Below are positions 30,229 through 39,077 of a stretch of DNA of 64,000 nt, one piece after another. A program made the position numbers and the translations under genes. This DNA is from Gemmatimonas sp. GTDB taxonomy: Bacteria; Gemmatimonadota; Gemmatimonadetes; Gemmatimonadales; Gemmatimonadaceae. The stretch is from contig OZ257156.1 of NCBI GenBank assembly GCA_965279375.1, forward strand, positions 2,144,001 to 2,208,000. Direction: 5' to 3'. Numbering within the stretch: position 1 is the first letter of the stretch; the number at the start of each line of letters is the position of its first letter. Under the pieces are notes generated by a model. It ran no database searches, was not told the DNA's origin, and saw only the letters and a program-made list of their open reading frames with translations.

Positions 30229-31460
30229 GGGGGCGTGACCGGCGTTGCTGAAACGGCTCCGCGAACCGCTGGAGCGATGTCCGGCAGCGAGAACTGAAAC
30301 TTGGTGGTGAAGTCCCGAAGGATGCGGCGGAACAACTCCTGGTTGTCCTCGCCCATCTCGGTCGGCTCGTGAATGGCGTACTTGCCGTGACTCAGAAGAT
30401 TCAGAGCGCGGTTGTAAAGCGCGAGGTCTTCCTCGTTGTCCAGTGCCTTGAGGCAGAACCCAATGTCAGCGTGCCCGAAGAACGACGCGGTCTTCTCCAG
30501 GATGCTTCGCAGGGCGTTGAAATGAAACGTGTAGAGCTTGCCAGTGGCGGGATCTGCGGCCAGCTGCAGCTCTGCCATCGTTGCAACGTGATGGAAAAAC
30601 GGCGTGTCCTCTGTGGCGCGGAGTGTGTACGTCCCATCCGAGTTCGGACGGTGCAGGAAATAGCGCTTGTGCCTCACTGCCGGCGCGCCCTCCTTGGACC
30701 TGCCGATCTCATTGCACATCACGTTGAAGAACAGCGCATGGTGGGATGAAAACACCACCTTGATGGGAGCGTCGTTGCCATCCGCGCCCGTCCGGCTCGC
30801 GGCCCGGCGCACAAGGTTGGCAAGGTCACAGGCGACGGCGATGGCGTTGTTGTCGTCCAAGGACGAGATCGGGTCGTCTATATAGAGGTATTTCACGGCC
30901 GGAAACGCGCCGGGAAATTTCAGAACCTGTTCAGCAATGGCCATGAACACGCACCAGATGAAGATGTTCTGCTCACCACGCGAAATCTTTATCTGCGACT
31001 GATCACCTTTACCGAAACTGACGAAAACGGGCCTGGAGAACGACTCACTTCCCCGCTGCACTACCTCGTACGTGAAATCAAAGCTGAAGTCCGCGTAGCG
31101 CTTCAGGTATTCATCTATGACGGGCTCCAGAGGCTCATTCTTGAATGCATCAAAGAAACGCGACCCTTGGTTGATATTGAGACCGCGAGCGGTGTCGTTC
31201 TCAAGGTCGTTGTCCCAAGTGAAGAGATCCTCGGTGAAGGCATTGAAGTAGAGACAGTCAGCGATACCCTGCGGATTCTTCTTGCTCTTGCGTTTTGCGG
31301 CGTTTTTGAACTCCATGGACAGTCGCGTCTTACCGGTGCGGTTGTACGCGAAAATGAGCACAAGCTCTAGGGGACTCGTCGGATTGTTTAGATCATCCCG
31401 CAGCCTGGTCGCCAACATTCGGAGATTCGACAAGCGATGAATCCTTGGCTTTGCTCTCAT
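30225..31460 (-). CDS. prrC: PrrC-type anticodon nuclease (ABC ATPase + HEPN)
   Basis: AYNRTGKTRLS, NAFTEDLF.WDND PrrC box, ISRGEQ signature, IDDPISSLD Walker B, SHH H-loop, RSILE and RALNLLSH HEPN residues. Confidence 0.85.
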   Translation of the reverse strand: MRAKPRIHRLSNLRMLATRLRDDLNNPTSPLELVLIFAYNRTGKTRLSMEFKNAAKRKSKKNPQGIADCLYFNAFTEDLFTWDNDLENDTARGLNINQGSRFFDAFKNEPLEPVIDEYLKRYADFSFDFTYEVVQRGSESFSRPVFVSFGKGDQSQIKISRGEQNIFIWCVFMAIAEQVLKFPGAFPAVKYLYIDDPISSLDDNNAIAVACDLANLVRRAASRTGADGNDAPIKVVFSSHHALFFNVMCNEIGRSKEGAPAVRHKRYFLHRPNSDGTYTLRATEDTPFFHHVATMAELQLAADPATGKLYTFHFNALRSILEKTASFFGHADIGFCLKALDNEEDLALYNRALNLLSHGKYAIHEPTEMGEDNQELFRRILRDFTTKFQFSLPDIAPAVRGAVSATPVTPP

Positions 31461-32749
31461 GCCTCAACCTCTGCCGATGTTGGGAAAAGCCGCTGCATCA
31501 GCCCGCGCTTGTGGCGCTTCAGGGCTCCGAGTCCTCGCGCTTCGGCGGTGATTAGGGCGTCGACTACGCCGAGGCAGGTGCCTATGCGTTGTTGCTCGGC
31601 AGGCGAGGGGAAAGACACCTCCATGTCAAGTATGTCGGTCCGGGACAACCCGGGTATCAGGTTTCCCGAACCCAAGTCTGCGAAGCGTCTCCTCTTCGTG
31701 AGCAGGAATTGAAAAATGAACTGGCTCGATCCTCGTTTGGCGCGAATGGCCATGAGTTGGCGTCCCAACGCTACCGCCGGCAGAGTCGAAAACCACACTT
31801 CTCCAACGCCGCTTCCCTTTACCGTGATCAACGTGTCGTTAGGCGCTGCCACGTTCGCTGACCGTTTCGTCCACTTACAAACGTTCTCCACGTCATTGGT
31901 AAAGTCGGAAGGACCCGTGAAGTAGGGTACTTCTCCCGTTGTGCTGTATTGGTTGGGCGACAAATGCAATCCCGAGATCAAATGAACTTCGCTGGACAGG
32001 CGTTTCTCTGCCCACGCTGCGACGCTTCCGAATTCGGAGAAGCGGAGTCGCGGTTGGGTTTCCCCTTCGCGAGGGAACAGCTGCTGCATCAGCCATTTCT
32101 TGTGGGTCTTCAGCGCGTCCACTTTCCGCGCTTGCGCCGCGATCACGTCGTCCACAGAACCCAGGCACTCGGCGATTTTTTGTTGCTCTGCGAGGGATGT
32201 CCTTCCGCTTGGAACCGGCACAGGAAGAGCAAGAAGATCGTCTTCGTTGATGCTTAGCGAGCCGTGCGCACGAGCACCGACCTCAATAAACTTTTGCAGC
32301 CACCGGCCATGCAGATTGCCGAGGAACAAGTAGTTGAGATACTGCGGAACTGGTGAATCGCCCGCGATGCGGAAACATGTGAAAATGCTGTTCGGGACTG
32401 CCGCCAGCTCGTCTCCGGAATACATCGCGATGAACCCTTCGGGATTCTCCTTGGTGGCGCTTTTGTTGTAGGCGAAGTCGTGCTTCTTCAGCAGCAGGTA
32501 GTTGGAATAGGAGTTTCCGGCGATGATCCGCCCGAACTTATTCATCTGACTTACCAGTCCGACTCCTGATGTGATGCTCATCGGGATCGCGGTCCGATCG
32601 CCAACTTTCTCTGTGCTGATTCTGGCGACCGACCCAAGTGTTTCTGTGGTCCACTCCCCAGCACCGCGAAACTCCGGAAACCGTAGCTTCGGCACCGACG
32701 CGACCTTACCGACAGCCTTCGCGCTTTGGGTTTTCGCCTTACTGCTCAT
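31457..32749 (-). CDS. hsdS: Type I R-M specificity subunit S
   Basis: Two TRDs with duplicated conserved regions PKLRFPEF/PRLRFSEF, EQQKIA/EQQRIG, LMQQLFP/LMQRLFP. Confidence 0.93.
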   Translation of the reverse strand: MSSKAKTQSAKAVGKVASVPKLRFPEFRGAGEWTTETLGSVARISTEKVGDRTAIPMSITSGVGLVSQMNKFGRIIAGNSYSNYLLLKKHDFAYNKSATKENPEGFIAMYSGDELAAVPNSIFTCFRIAGDSPVPQYLNYLFLGNLHGRWLQKFIEVGARAHGSLSINEDDLLALPVPVPSGRTSLAEQQKIAECLGSVDDVIAAQARKVDALKTHKKWLMQQLFPREGETQPRLRFSEFGSVAAWAEKRLSSEVHLISGLHLSPNQYSTTGEVPYFTGPSDFTNDVENVCKWTKRSANVAAPNDTLITVKGSGVGEVWFSTLPAVALGRQLMAIRAKRGSSQFIFQFLLTKRRRFADLGSGNLIPGLSRTDILDMEVSFPSPAEQQRIGTCLGVVDALITAEARGLGALKRHKRGLMQRLFPTSAEVEA

Positions 32750-35700
32750 AGGCACTCAATCCTGAGATCTCGCGTCCCTGCGCACGCTTGGTGAGCAGCG
32801 GGTACAGTTCCGCCATGAGGGCGAGTTCGGCGTCCTTGCGCGCCTTCCAGCCAAGGTCGAGCGAGACGAAAAGATCACCGAGCTGTTCGGCGTCAAAGAT
32901 CATGCGATCGAGAATGGCGTCCACGAATCCTTGCAGGGCGACAGTGGTGAGGCCGTGCTTCTGCGCGACGGCAGCGAGTTCCGCCGCGCTCTTCTCGCTT
33001 TTGAAGCGCGTGTAACCCTCCCGGATGGCGGCTTCGCTCAAACCCTCCCCCGCCTTGAGCGTTTCGATGTAGGCGGCGATGCCCTCGCGCTCGTCCATGA
33101 ACTTGGCGTCCGAGCTGATCAGTCCTATCAGCTGCTCTCGGGTCATCTTCGACTTGCCGGGCCCTTTCTCCGAGAATCTGGCAATGAGCCCCATGATGTA
33201 GTCGTAGTCGATGACGGCCGAAGCGAAGAGCACGAACTCGAAATCGAGCTGGTCGCCGGCGTCAGCGTCGGGCTTGTCGTTGCCTCCGCCTTTGCCCTGC
33301 TGCTCGCGCAGGCGCTGGGCTGTCTCCAGGTACGCGCCCTTAAAGCCACGATGCTGTTCGTTCGGCAACACCTGCTCGATGGCGGCCTTATCGTCGTTAG
33401 TCAGGTCGGTGTACTGATCGAGCTGGGTCTTGAGCCGCTGCACTTCCTTAAAGCACTCAATGAAGCCGGCGCGAGCGGCGTCGCCCTTGAGGTTCGGCAC
33501 GGCCTCCGGCGCGGTATCGAGCCCCTGTGACTTCATAAAGCTTTCGAGCTGCTGCACGGCGGCCTGCAGCTTCTGAATGACGACCGGCGCCTTGTCCACG
33601 AGCCAGATCTCCCGCGCTTCCTCACGGGTCTTCTTGCCGGAGAACATGGCGATCGCGGCATCCACCTCGTCCCGCTGCTGGCGGAAGTCGAGGATGTTGC
33701 CATACGGCTTGGTGCCATTGAGCACGCGGTTGGTGCGAGAGAACGCCTGAATGAGCCCGTGGTGCCGCAGATTCTTGTCGACGTAGAGCGTGTTGAGATA
33801 CTTGGAATCGAATCCCGTCAGCAGCATGTCCACCACGATGGCGATGTCGATCTTGTTCGCGTGCGGGAAGTCGGCATTGGGCCATTGCTGGTCCTTGATG
33901 CGCTTCTGCACGTCCTGGTAGTAGAGATCGAACTCGCTGAGCTTGTGGTTGGCGCCGTAGCGCGCATTGTAGTCCGCAAGAATGCTGTTCAGCGCTGCCT
34001 TCTTGCCTTCCGGGTCCTGCTCGTTGTCAGCCCTTTCCTGCGGCAGGTCTTCTTGGATCTGCTGCACGTCCCGGTTGCCCTCGGCGGGCGGCGAAAACAC
34101 GCACGCGATGTTCAGCGGTTCGAACTCAGGATCCGCGACTTGCTTCTCCGCCTGCAGCGTCTTGAACAGGCCGTAGTACTCGATGGCATCGTTGATAGAC
34201 GCGGTGGCGAGGATGGCATTGAAGCGGCGTCCCGCGGTGGCGACATCGTGCTTGTCCAGAATGGCTTCAACGACAGAGCGCTTGGGCGTTCCCTCGCCCG
34301 GCTTGGGTGTCTTCTTTCCTGCGTCTTCCTTGGGTCCAAAGTAGTCCACGTGGAAGCGCAGCACGTTCCGGTCTTCGATGGCGTTCGTGATGGTGTAGGC
34401 ATGTAGCTGCTTCTGGAACAGATCCTCCGTCGTGCGCATGGAGGCCATGCCGTCTTCGATCTTCTGCTGACGAGAGTTCTCCTCAAAGATTGGCGTGCCC
34501 GTGAAGCCGAACAGCTGGGCTTTCGGGAAGAACTCCGTGATCGCCTTGTGGTTGTCGCCGAACTGCGAGCGATGACATTCGTCAAAGATGAAGACGATGC
34601 GCTTGTCCTTGAGCGGCTCCAGCAGCTCCTTGAACGTGGGTTGGTCGTTTCGCTTCCGCTGCTTGTTGCGCTTGCTGTCTTCGTCCAGCGCGAGACCGAG
34701 CTTTTGGATGGTGGTGACGATGACCTTGTCGGCGTAGTCCTCTGAGCGCAAACGGCGAACGAGGGCGGCCGTGTTGGTGTTTTCCTCGACACTGCCTTCC
34801 TGAAATCGATTGAACTCCTCGCGCGTCTGCCGGTCGAGATCTTTGCGGTCCACAACAAACAGGCACTTGTGAATGTGCTCGTTCTGCTTGAGCAGCGTCG
34901 ACGCCTTGAACGAGGTCAGCGTCTTACCGCTGCCGGTGGTGTGCCAGATGTAGCCGTTGCCCGCGTCGTCTTCGATGCACTGCATGATCTGCTGCACGGC
35001 ATAGACCTGATACGGGCGCATGATCATGAGCTTCTGCTCGCTCTGGATCAGCACCATGTAGCGGCTGATTGTCTTGCCGAGTGCGCACTTTTGCAGGAAG
35101 CGGGCAGCGAAGTCGTCGATGTGCGTGATCTTCTTATTGGCCTCGTCGGCAAACTCGTAGATGGGCAGGAACCGTTCTTCGGCGTTGAAGGCGAAGTGGC
35201 GGGCGTTGTTATTGGCGAAGTAGTAGGTGCGGTTGCGGTTGCTGACGATGAAGAGCTGGAGGAAGCAGAGCAGCGTCCTGGTGTAACCGTTGCCGGGATC
35301 GTTCTTGTAGTCGACGATCTGCTCCATCGCTCGGCGCGGGCTGATTTCGAGCGTCTTGAGCTCGACCTGCACGCAGGGCACGCCGTTGATGAGCAGAATG
35401 ACGTCGTAGCGGTGGTGGCTATTGTCCGTGTTGATGCGGAGCTGATTGACGACCTCGAAGGTGTTCTTGCACCAGTCCTTCAGGTTCACCAGTGTGAAGT
35501 TCAGCGGTGTTCCGTCTTCGCGGGTGAACGCATTGATCTCCCGCAGGGTCTTCGCGGCGGTGAAGACATCGGCGGTGACGATCTCGTCGAGCAGGCGCGC
35601 GAACTCGCTGTCGGTGAGGTGAACGCGATTGAGGGCCTCAAACTTCTCGCGGAAGTTCTTCTCCAGCGCGGCGCGGTCGCGGATTTCCGGGCGATACGTG

Positions 35701-35810
35701 TACTTCAGCCCCTGGAGCGTGCCGATGAAGCCGTATTCGATCGTGTCCTCACGGAGGACCGAGGGCTCAAGGTCGTCGGAAGGGTAGATGCTATCAGAGA
35801 TGCTGTTCAT
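32739..35810 (-). CDS. hsdR: Type I R-M restriction subunit R
   Basis: RYDV..LING.P.VQVELK nuclease motif, HTTGSGKT, DECH, FTGTP, MLLTGFD, QAFSRTNR; start may be 35852. Confidence 0.96.
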   Translation of the reverse strand: MNSISDSIYPSDDLEPSVLREDTIEYGFIGTLQGLKYTYRPEIRDRAALEKNFREKFEALNRVHLTDSEFARLLDEIVTADVFTAAKTLREINAFTREDGTPLNFTLVNLKDWCKNTFEVVNQLRINTDNSHHRYDVILLINGVPCVQVELKTLEISPRRAMEQIVDYKNDPGNGYTRTLLCFLQLFIVSNRNRTYYFANNNARHFAFNAEERFLPIYEFADEANKKITHIDDFAARFLQKCALGKTISRYMVLIQSEQKLMIMRPYQVYAVQQIMQCIEDDAGNGYIWHTTGSGKTLTSFKASTLLKQNEHIHKCLFVVDRKDLDRQTREEFNRFQEGSVEENTNTAALVRRLRSEDYADKVIVTTIQKLGLALDEDSKRNKQRKRNDQPTFKELLEPLKDKRIVFIFDECHRSQFGDNHKAITEFFPKAQLFGFTGTPIFEENSRQQKIEDGMASMRTTEDLFQKQLHAYTITNAIEDRNVLRFHVDYFGPKEDAGKKTPKPGEGTPKRSVVEAILDKHDVATAGRRFNAILATASINDAIEYYGLFKTLQAEKQVADPEFEPLNIACVFSPPAEGNRDVQQIQEDLPQERADNEQDPEGKKAALNSILADYNARYGANHKLSEFDLYYQDVQKRIKDQQWPNADFPHANKIDIAIVVDMLLTGFDSKYLNTLYVDKNLRHHGLIQAFSRTNRVLNGTKPYGNILDFRQQRDEVDAAIAMFSGKKTREEAREIWLVDKAPVVIQKLQAAVQQLESFMKSQGLDTAPEAVPNLKGDAARAGFIECFKEVQRLKTQLDQYTDLTNDDKAAIEQVLPNEQHRGFKGAYLETAQRLREQQGKGGGNDKPDADAGDQLDFEFVLFASAVIDYDYIMGLIARFSEKGPGKSKMTREQLIGLISSDAKFMDEREGIAAYIETLKAGEGLSEAAIREGYTRFKSEKSAAELAAVAQKHGLTTVALQGFVDAILDRMIFDAEQLGDLFVSLDLGWKARKDAELALMAELYPLLTKRAQGREISGLSAYEQ

Positions 35811-35971
35811 GATGATCGCAGAAGTCTCGGAGCGCGCGATGGCGTGCAGCATAGCACAACGACGCCACGGATGGCCCGGTGGTTCAGTCGTGGGGTCAAT
35901 GGCGCATTTTGCTTCAACGGCTACAGCAAACTAGCCGCTGATAGCGGAGTGCGCGCCGACGTCCGGAGGGC

Positions 35972-36580
35972 TCACGGTTCGCCCTCGATGCAGATCACAG
36001 CGCCTGGAATCGTCGCACCAACAGTGGTTGGGAAGCTGCCGCCCAACCGATTCCGTATCTCGTCGATGATTGCGATGGTCCGGATGCGACTGTCAGCGAA
36101 GGAGATCGCCGACCCTGCGTCGACAAGATCGGACGCATGATTGAGGCAGCCGACACTCCAGGCATAGCCCATTCCTGGATGAAGCAGGATGGCTGTGCGC
36201 TGGCCCGTCTGCTTCAAGAGCAGACCCGGTCGCGGGAGCGCAGTATGGCTCGCGCTCGAAGAGTAGCCGGCGGTCCGGTACTTTGGGCCAGCATGGACGG
36301 CCAGAGGGTACGTTCCGGCCGCGATGCGGCGATCCCTCAGGTCTCCAATGGCAGTCGAGTTATCTCCCGGTCCGCCACGTTCAACAGTCTGGCCATGCAG
36401 GCCTGCGATAGGCGCTCCGTTCCAATGGCAAGAGTAGTTGCTGACGGTCCGAGGAAACGCCTTGTCGGAACGAAGTTCTTGTCGAACGCGCTGAACCAAG
36501 AGGCAGAAGCCGGTAGCCGGAACAGGCATGCGCACTATCTCCGTGTCGGTCGATACGTGAAGCTGCGGTAGGTGCGGCAC
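35972..36580 (-). CDS. DUF5675/L,D-transpeptidase-like protein
   Basis: TVE..IAAGTYPL and RTAILLHPG....SVGC (His...Cys dyad); GTG start directly follows upstream TGA. Confidence 0.55.
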   Translation of the reverse strand: MPHLPQLHVSTDTEIVRMPVPATGFCLLVQRVRQELRSDKAFPRTVSNYSCHWNGAPIAGLHGQTVERGGPGDNSTAIGDLRDRRIAAGTYPLAVHAGPKYRTAGYSSSASHTALPRPGLLLKQTGQRTAILLHPGMGYAWSVGCLNHASDLVDAGSAISFADSRIRTIAIIDEIRNRLGGSFPTTVGATIPGAVICIEGEP

Positions 36581-38566
36581 TCACCGAGGCAGATACGCAA
36601 CCGATAGCGTGAAGTATCTGTTGCCCGGTGCGGCAAAGCCGCCAGAGCGCCGACTAAACTCGCTGCCGCGCCAGATGCTCTGAAAGCCGAGGCGGGCTCG
36701 AGCAACCTCGATCTCGCCGCCGAAGGCGGCCTCCGCGTATCCTGATCGCAACCGAAGGTCACTGTCGCTGACAGGTACGCCTGCCGCCGGCAGTACGGGA
36801 GCGCTATGACCACCGGTGATTGTCTCGTTTCGCGCCGTTGCTCGGAGCATCGCGGTGGCGATAAGCGCGTACCGTACCCGAGGACGGGCTTCCTTTGCGT
36901 CAACGGGCGGGCGCTGAGCCGTGGGTTGGCCCGGCTCGAACGTGTCGCGAGGCCCTCCGCGAACCAGAGGACTGTTCAAAGTGTCAGCCTCCGCCAGCCT
37001 GACTTGGATCACAGGACCGATGGCCCGAAACAGGGGCGAGCCCGGAAGGCGATGCCTGTTGTGGGCCCACCTACCAGAGACTCCCAACGACGCGCGGTGG
37101 AAGACCGATCCGACGGCCATACCCGCGTGAAGGGCCACGTCGGCCCCGTCCAGAGGGACAAGCAGGTCACAGAACTTCCCTGATCCGCACGAATCCCTCA
37201 ACACGGCGCCAGTCGTGGCACTCGGTCGATACCACAGATCGGCGAGTGCCTGGACATAAGGTCGACCTGGAGTCTGAAAGCGCCAGCCGCTGGGCCTCTC
37301 CGCCGTCGTCGCAATCGCCCAATGCGCCATCCGCTGCGTCTCACGCGCTTGAGCGGTCGGCCCAATCACCCCCAACTGCGCTTCAAGTCCGACAATGAAG
37401 TCTCCGTCCCCCCAACTCGCCTTCTGCCCCTTGTCGAAGAATTCGCGTCGCATGACCTCCCAGCGGGCAGAGCCGTAGAGCAGTCCCGCGAACGGTCGGT
37501 CGAAACGCTGTACCGTGTCGGCATACTGATCCGTGGGAGTGTACATGGTCTGCTGGACTGCGGCGCTGGTGCGAATGCACGTGACCACTGACGTCGAATC
37601 GGCAACGGTGTACTTCGCGCACTCCGGCAGCTTTGCGCCGAGTGCGCTGACGATGCCATACAGCCCCACAGACTCGTGAAGCTGCAGTCGAACGCCGTTC
37701 GTGTAGGCGCGATCAGTCCAGATTAGGTCGTTCTCGAGCGTCAACTCCACCGATCGAGCCGATGCACTTCGTAGATCTCCCGAACTTCTGACATCCTCGG
37801 CCTTCGCATCAAATCGTCGATCGAGCGGAATCGAGATTCGTGCGAAGTACTTCGCGCCGCTTCCTCGGAGCGCGCGGGCAGGTCCGGCTGCTCCCAGGGA
37901 GTCCAGCACATTGTAGCTGGCATCGAACAAGTGCTCGGCCCCCACGGCGACTGACGGCCATATCCCTTTCGCGGGCAGGCGCAGAGCAAGTCCGACCGCT
38001 GGGTGTACTGCGACGCGATCAACGAGCCCTCCTGACTCACGACGCTCGACTGCCCGTCTCGTCGCACCCAAGGCCACTTCCGCCGACAAGTCACGGTACG
38101 TCGGGAAGCTCAGCCAGCCACGCGCAGACGCGTCTCCGACCGAAAGATCGGGTTGTCGACGGGACACACGATCAATGGGGTCGCCAAGCAGCCGATCTGA
38201 GACTCCTCCCAGCGTGCTGAGAACGAGCCCAGCGTCGAATCCGAAACGCCATCGAGCAACGAGTTGACGATTGACACGAAGTCCGACGCCGCTCCCGGTC
38301 TGCGTCCGCAAAGCGTCGGTTCGGAGGTTCTCACCCGCATCCAGGAGGTGACTCTCCAGAAGCCACTCCAGCTGGGTCTTGGGTCGCGACGCAGCTGACG
38401 TCTGTGCCTCCGCCTCGGAAGCGGCACCCGCGGACACAAGCGCGAAAGCAAGAACGACTTGCGAAGCTGCGTGAACGACGCGGGCGTCGTCGAGTCGCCC
38501 GGGGCGGAGCTGTGGGAGCAGATGCGCCCCACGACGCTTCTGAAATGACACAGAGATTACTCGCAC
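36581..38566 (-). CDS. LpxR (lipid A 3'-O-deacylase, DUF2219)-like barrel with extra N-terminal beta domain
   Basis: ENDL..DRAYTNG, QTMYTP, DRPFAGLLY, LGVIGP, QRMAH, GW; start uncertain. Confidence 0.7.
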   Translation of the reverse strand: MRVISVSFQKRRGAHLLPQLRPGRLDDARVVHAASQVVLAFALVSAGAASEAEAQTSAASRPKTQLEWLLESHLLDAGENLRTDALRTQTGSGVGLRVNRQLVARWRFGFDAGLVLSTLGGVSDRLLGDPIDRVSRRQPDLSVGDASARGWLSFPTYRDLSAEVALGATRRAVERRESGGLVDRVAVHPAVGLALRLPAKGIWPSVAVGAEHLFDASYNVLDSLGAAGPARALRGSGAKYFARISIPLDRRFDAKAEDVRSSGDLRSASARSVELTLENDLIWTDRAYTNGVRLQLHESVGLYGIVSALGAKLPECAKYTVADSTSVVTCIRTSAAVQQTMYTPTDQYADTVQRFDRPFAGLLYGSARWEVMRREFFDKGQKASWGDGDFIVGLEAQLGVIGPTAQARETQRMAHWAIATTAERPSGWRFQTPGRPYVQALADLWYRPSATTGAVLRDSCGSGKFCDLLVPLDGADVALHAGMAVGSVFHRASLGVSGRWAHNRHRLPGSPLFRAIGPVIQVRLAEADTLNSPLVRGGPRDTFEPGQPTAQRPPVDAKEARPRVRYALIATAMLRATARNETITGGHSAPVLPAAGVPVSDSDLRLRSGYAEAAFGGEIEVARARLGFQSIWRGSEFSRRSGGFAAPGNRYFTLSVAYLPR

Positions 38567-38719
38567 ATTTTCCTCGCTCTGCGGACGGATAACGGCAGTC
38601 CTTCCAGTGCGCGACGATTGGCTGTCCCGGATTTCCGGCTACTCGCCGCTCATTTGTAACGTCCAGGCGAACAGATACTCAGACAGAGTAGAAGGAAAAT
38701 AGATCGTGGTCAGTCGCCG

Positions 38720-38788
38720 CGCGAGCCGTGGCAGCTCGCCCGCGCCCGACTCGGCGCGGTGGCGAGCGACATTTTCACCTGGCCGTAG
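38720..38788 (+). repeat. Right copy of 69-nt direct repeat: orphan 3' end of OMP gene
   Basis: Encodes the identical 22 aa plus stop; 7 synonymous differences from 27376-27444. Confidence 0.95.
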
Positions 38789-38838
38789 TATCCCGTTTCC
38801 ACGCCGTTCACAACGAACCGCTAAGCGTTTCCCGCAGT

Positions 38839-38996
38839 ATCCGCGAGCCGTTTCCGCGCGTTTCAGCTCCTATCCGTGGCCGAGCAGTTCGTCCGTTCCT
38901 ATCCGCCGTGCAAATCCCGTGGATTGGTTTGGATCATAGCGGATGAACTGCCTTGCCACGGATACCAACGGAAACGCGCGGAAGAAGCGCGCGGAT
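38839..38996. repeat. 158-nt imperfect inverted repeat / rod-like hairpin (MITE/REP-like element or structured RNA)
   Basis: Stems 38839-45/38990-96, 38852-64/38971-83, 38871-80/38955-64, 38884-97/38938-51, 38901-04/38931-34. Confidence 0.8.
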
Positions 38997-39077
38997 CAGA
39001 CCTGAGCGTGCACCAGGCGCGAGCGCGGATTAGGTCGAAGCGAGTCGCGAGTTCCTAACGCTTTGTTGAAATAGGGG

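Larger units (their letters stand above)
27445..38719 (-). mobile_element. Integrase-less genomic (defence) island bounded by duplicated gene 3' end
   Basis: Flanking direct repeats, seven co-oriented genes, defence cargo, visibly lower GC. Confidence 0.8.

Noticed and set aside
31457..32749. Invertible (shufflon-type) hsdS
   Set aside because: Single hsdS with two TRDs, no silent hsdS copies and no invertase.
27445..38719. Integrase, transposase or prophage genes in the island
   Set aside because: All seven ORFs have other assignments; no tyrosine/serine recombinase or DDE motifs were recognised.
38790..39075. Integron attC site or 6S RNA as the identity of the long hairpin
   Set aside because: No correctly placed RYYYAAC/GTTRRRY boxes or integron integrase; no large central bubble typical of 6S. 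Left unassigned.
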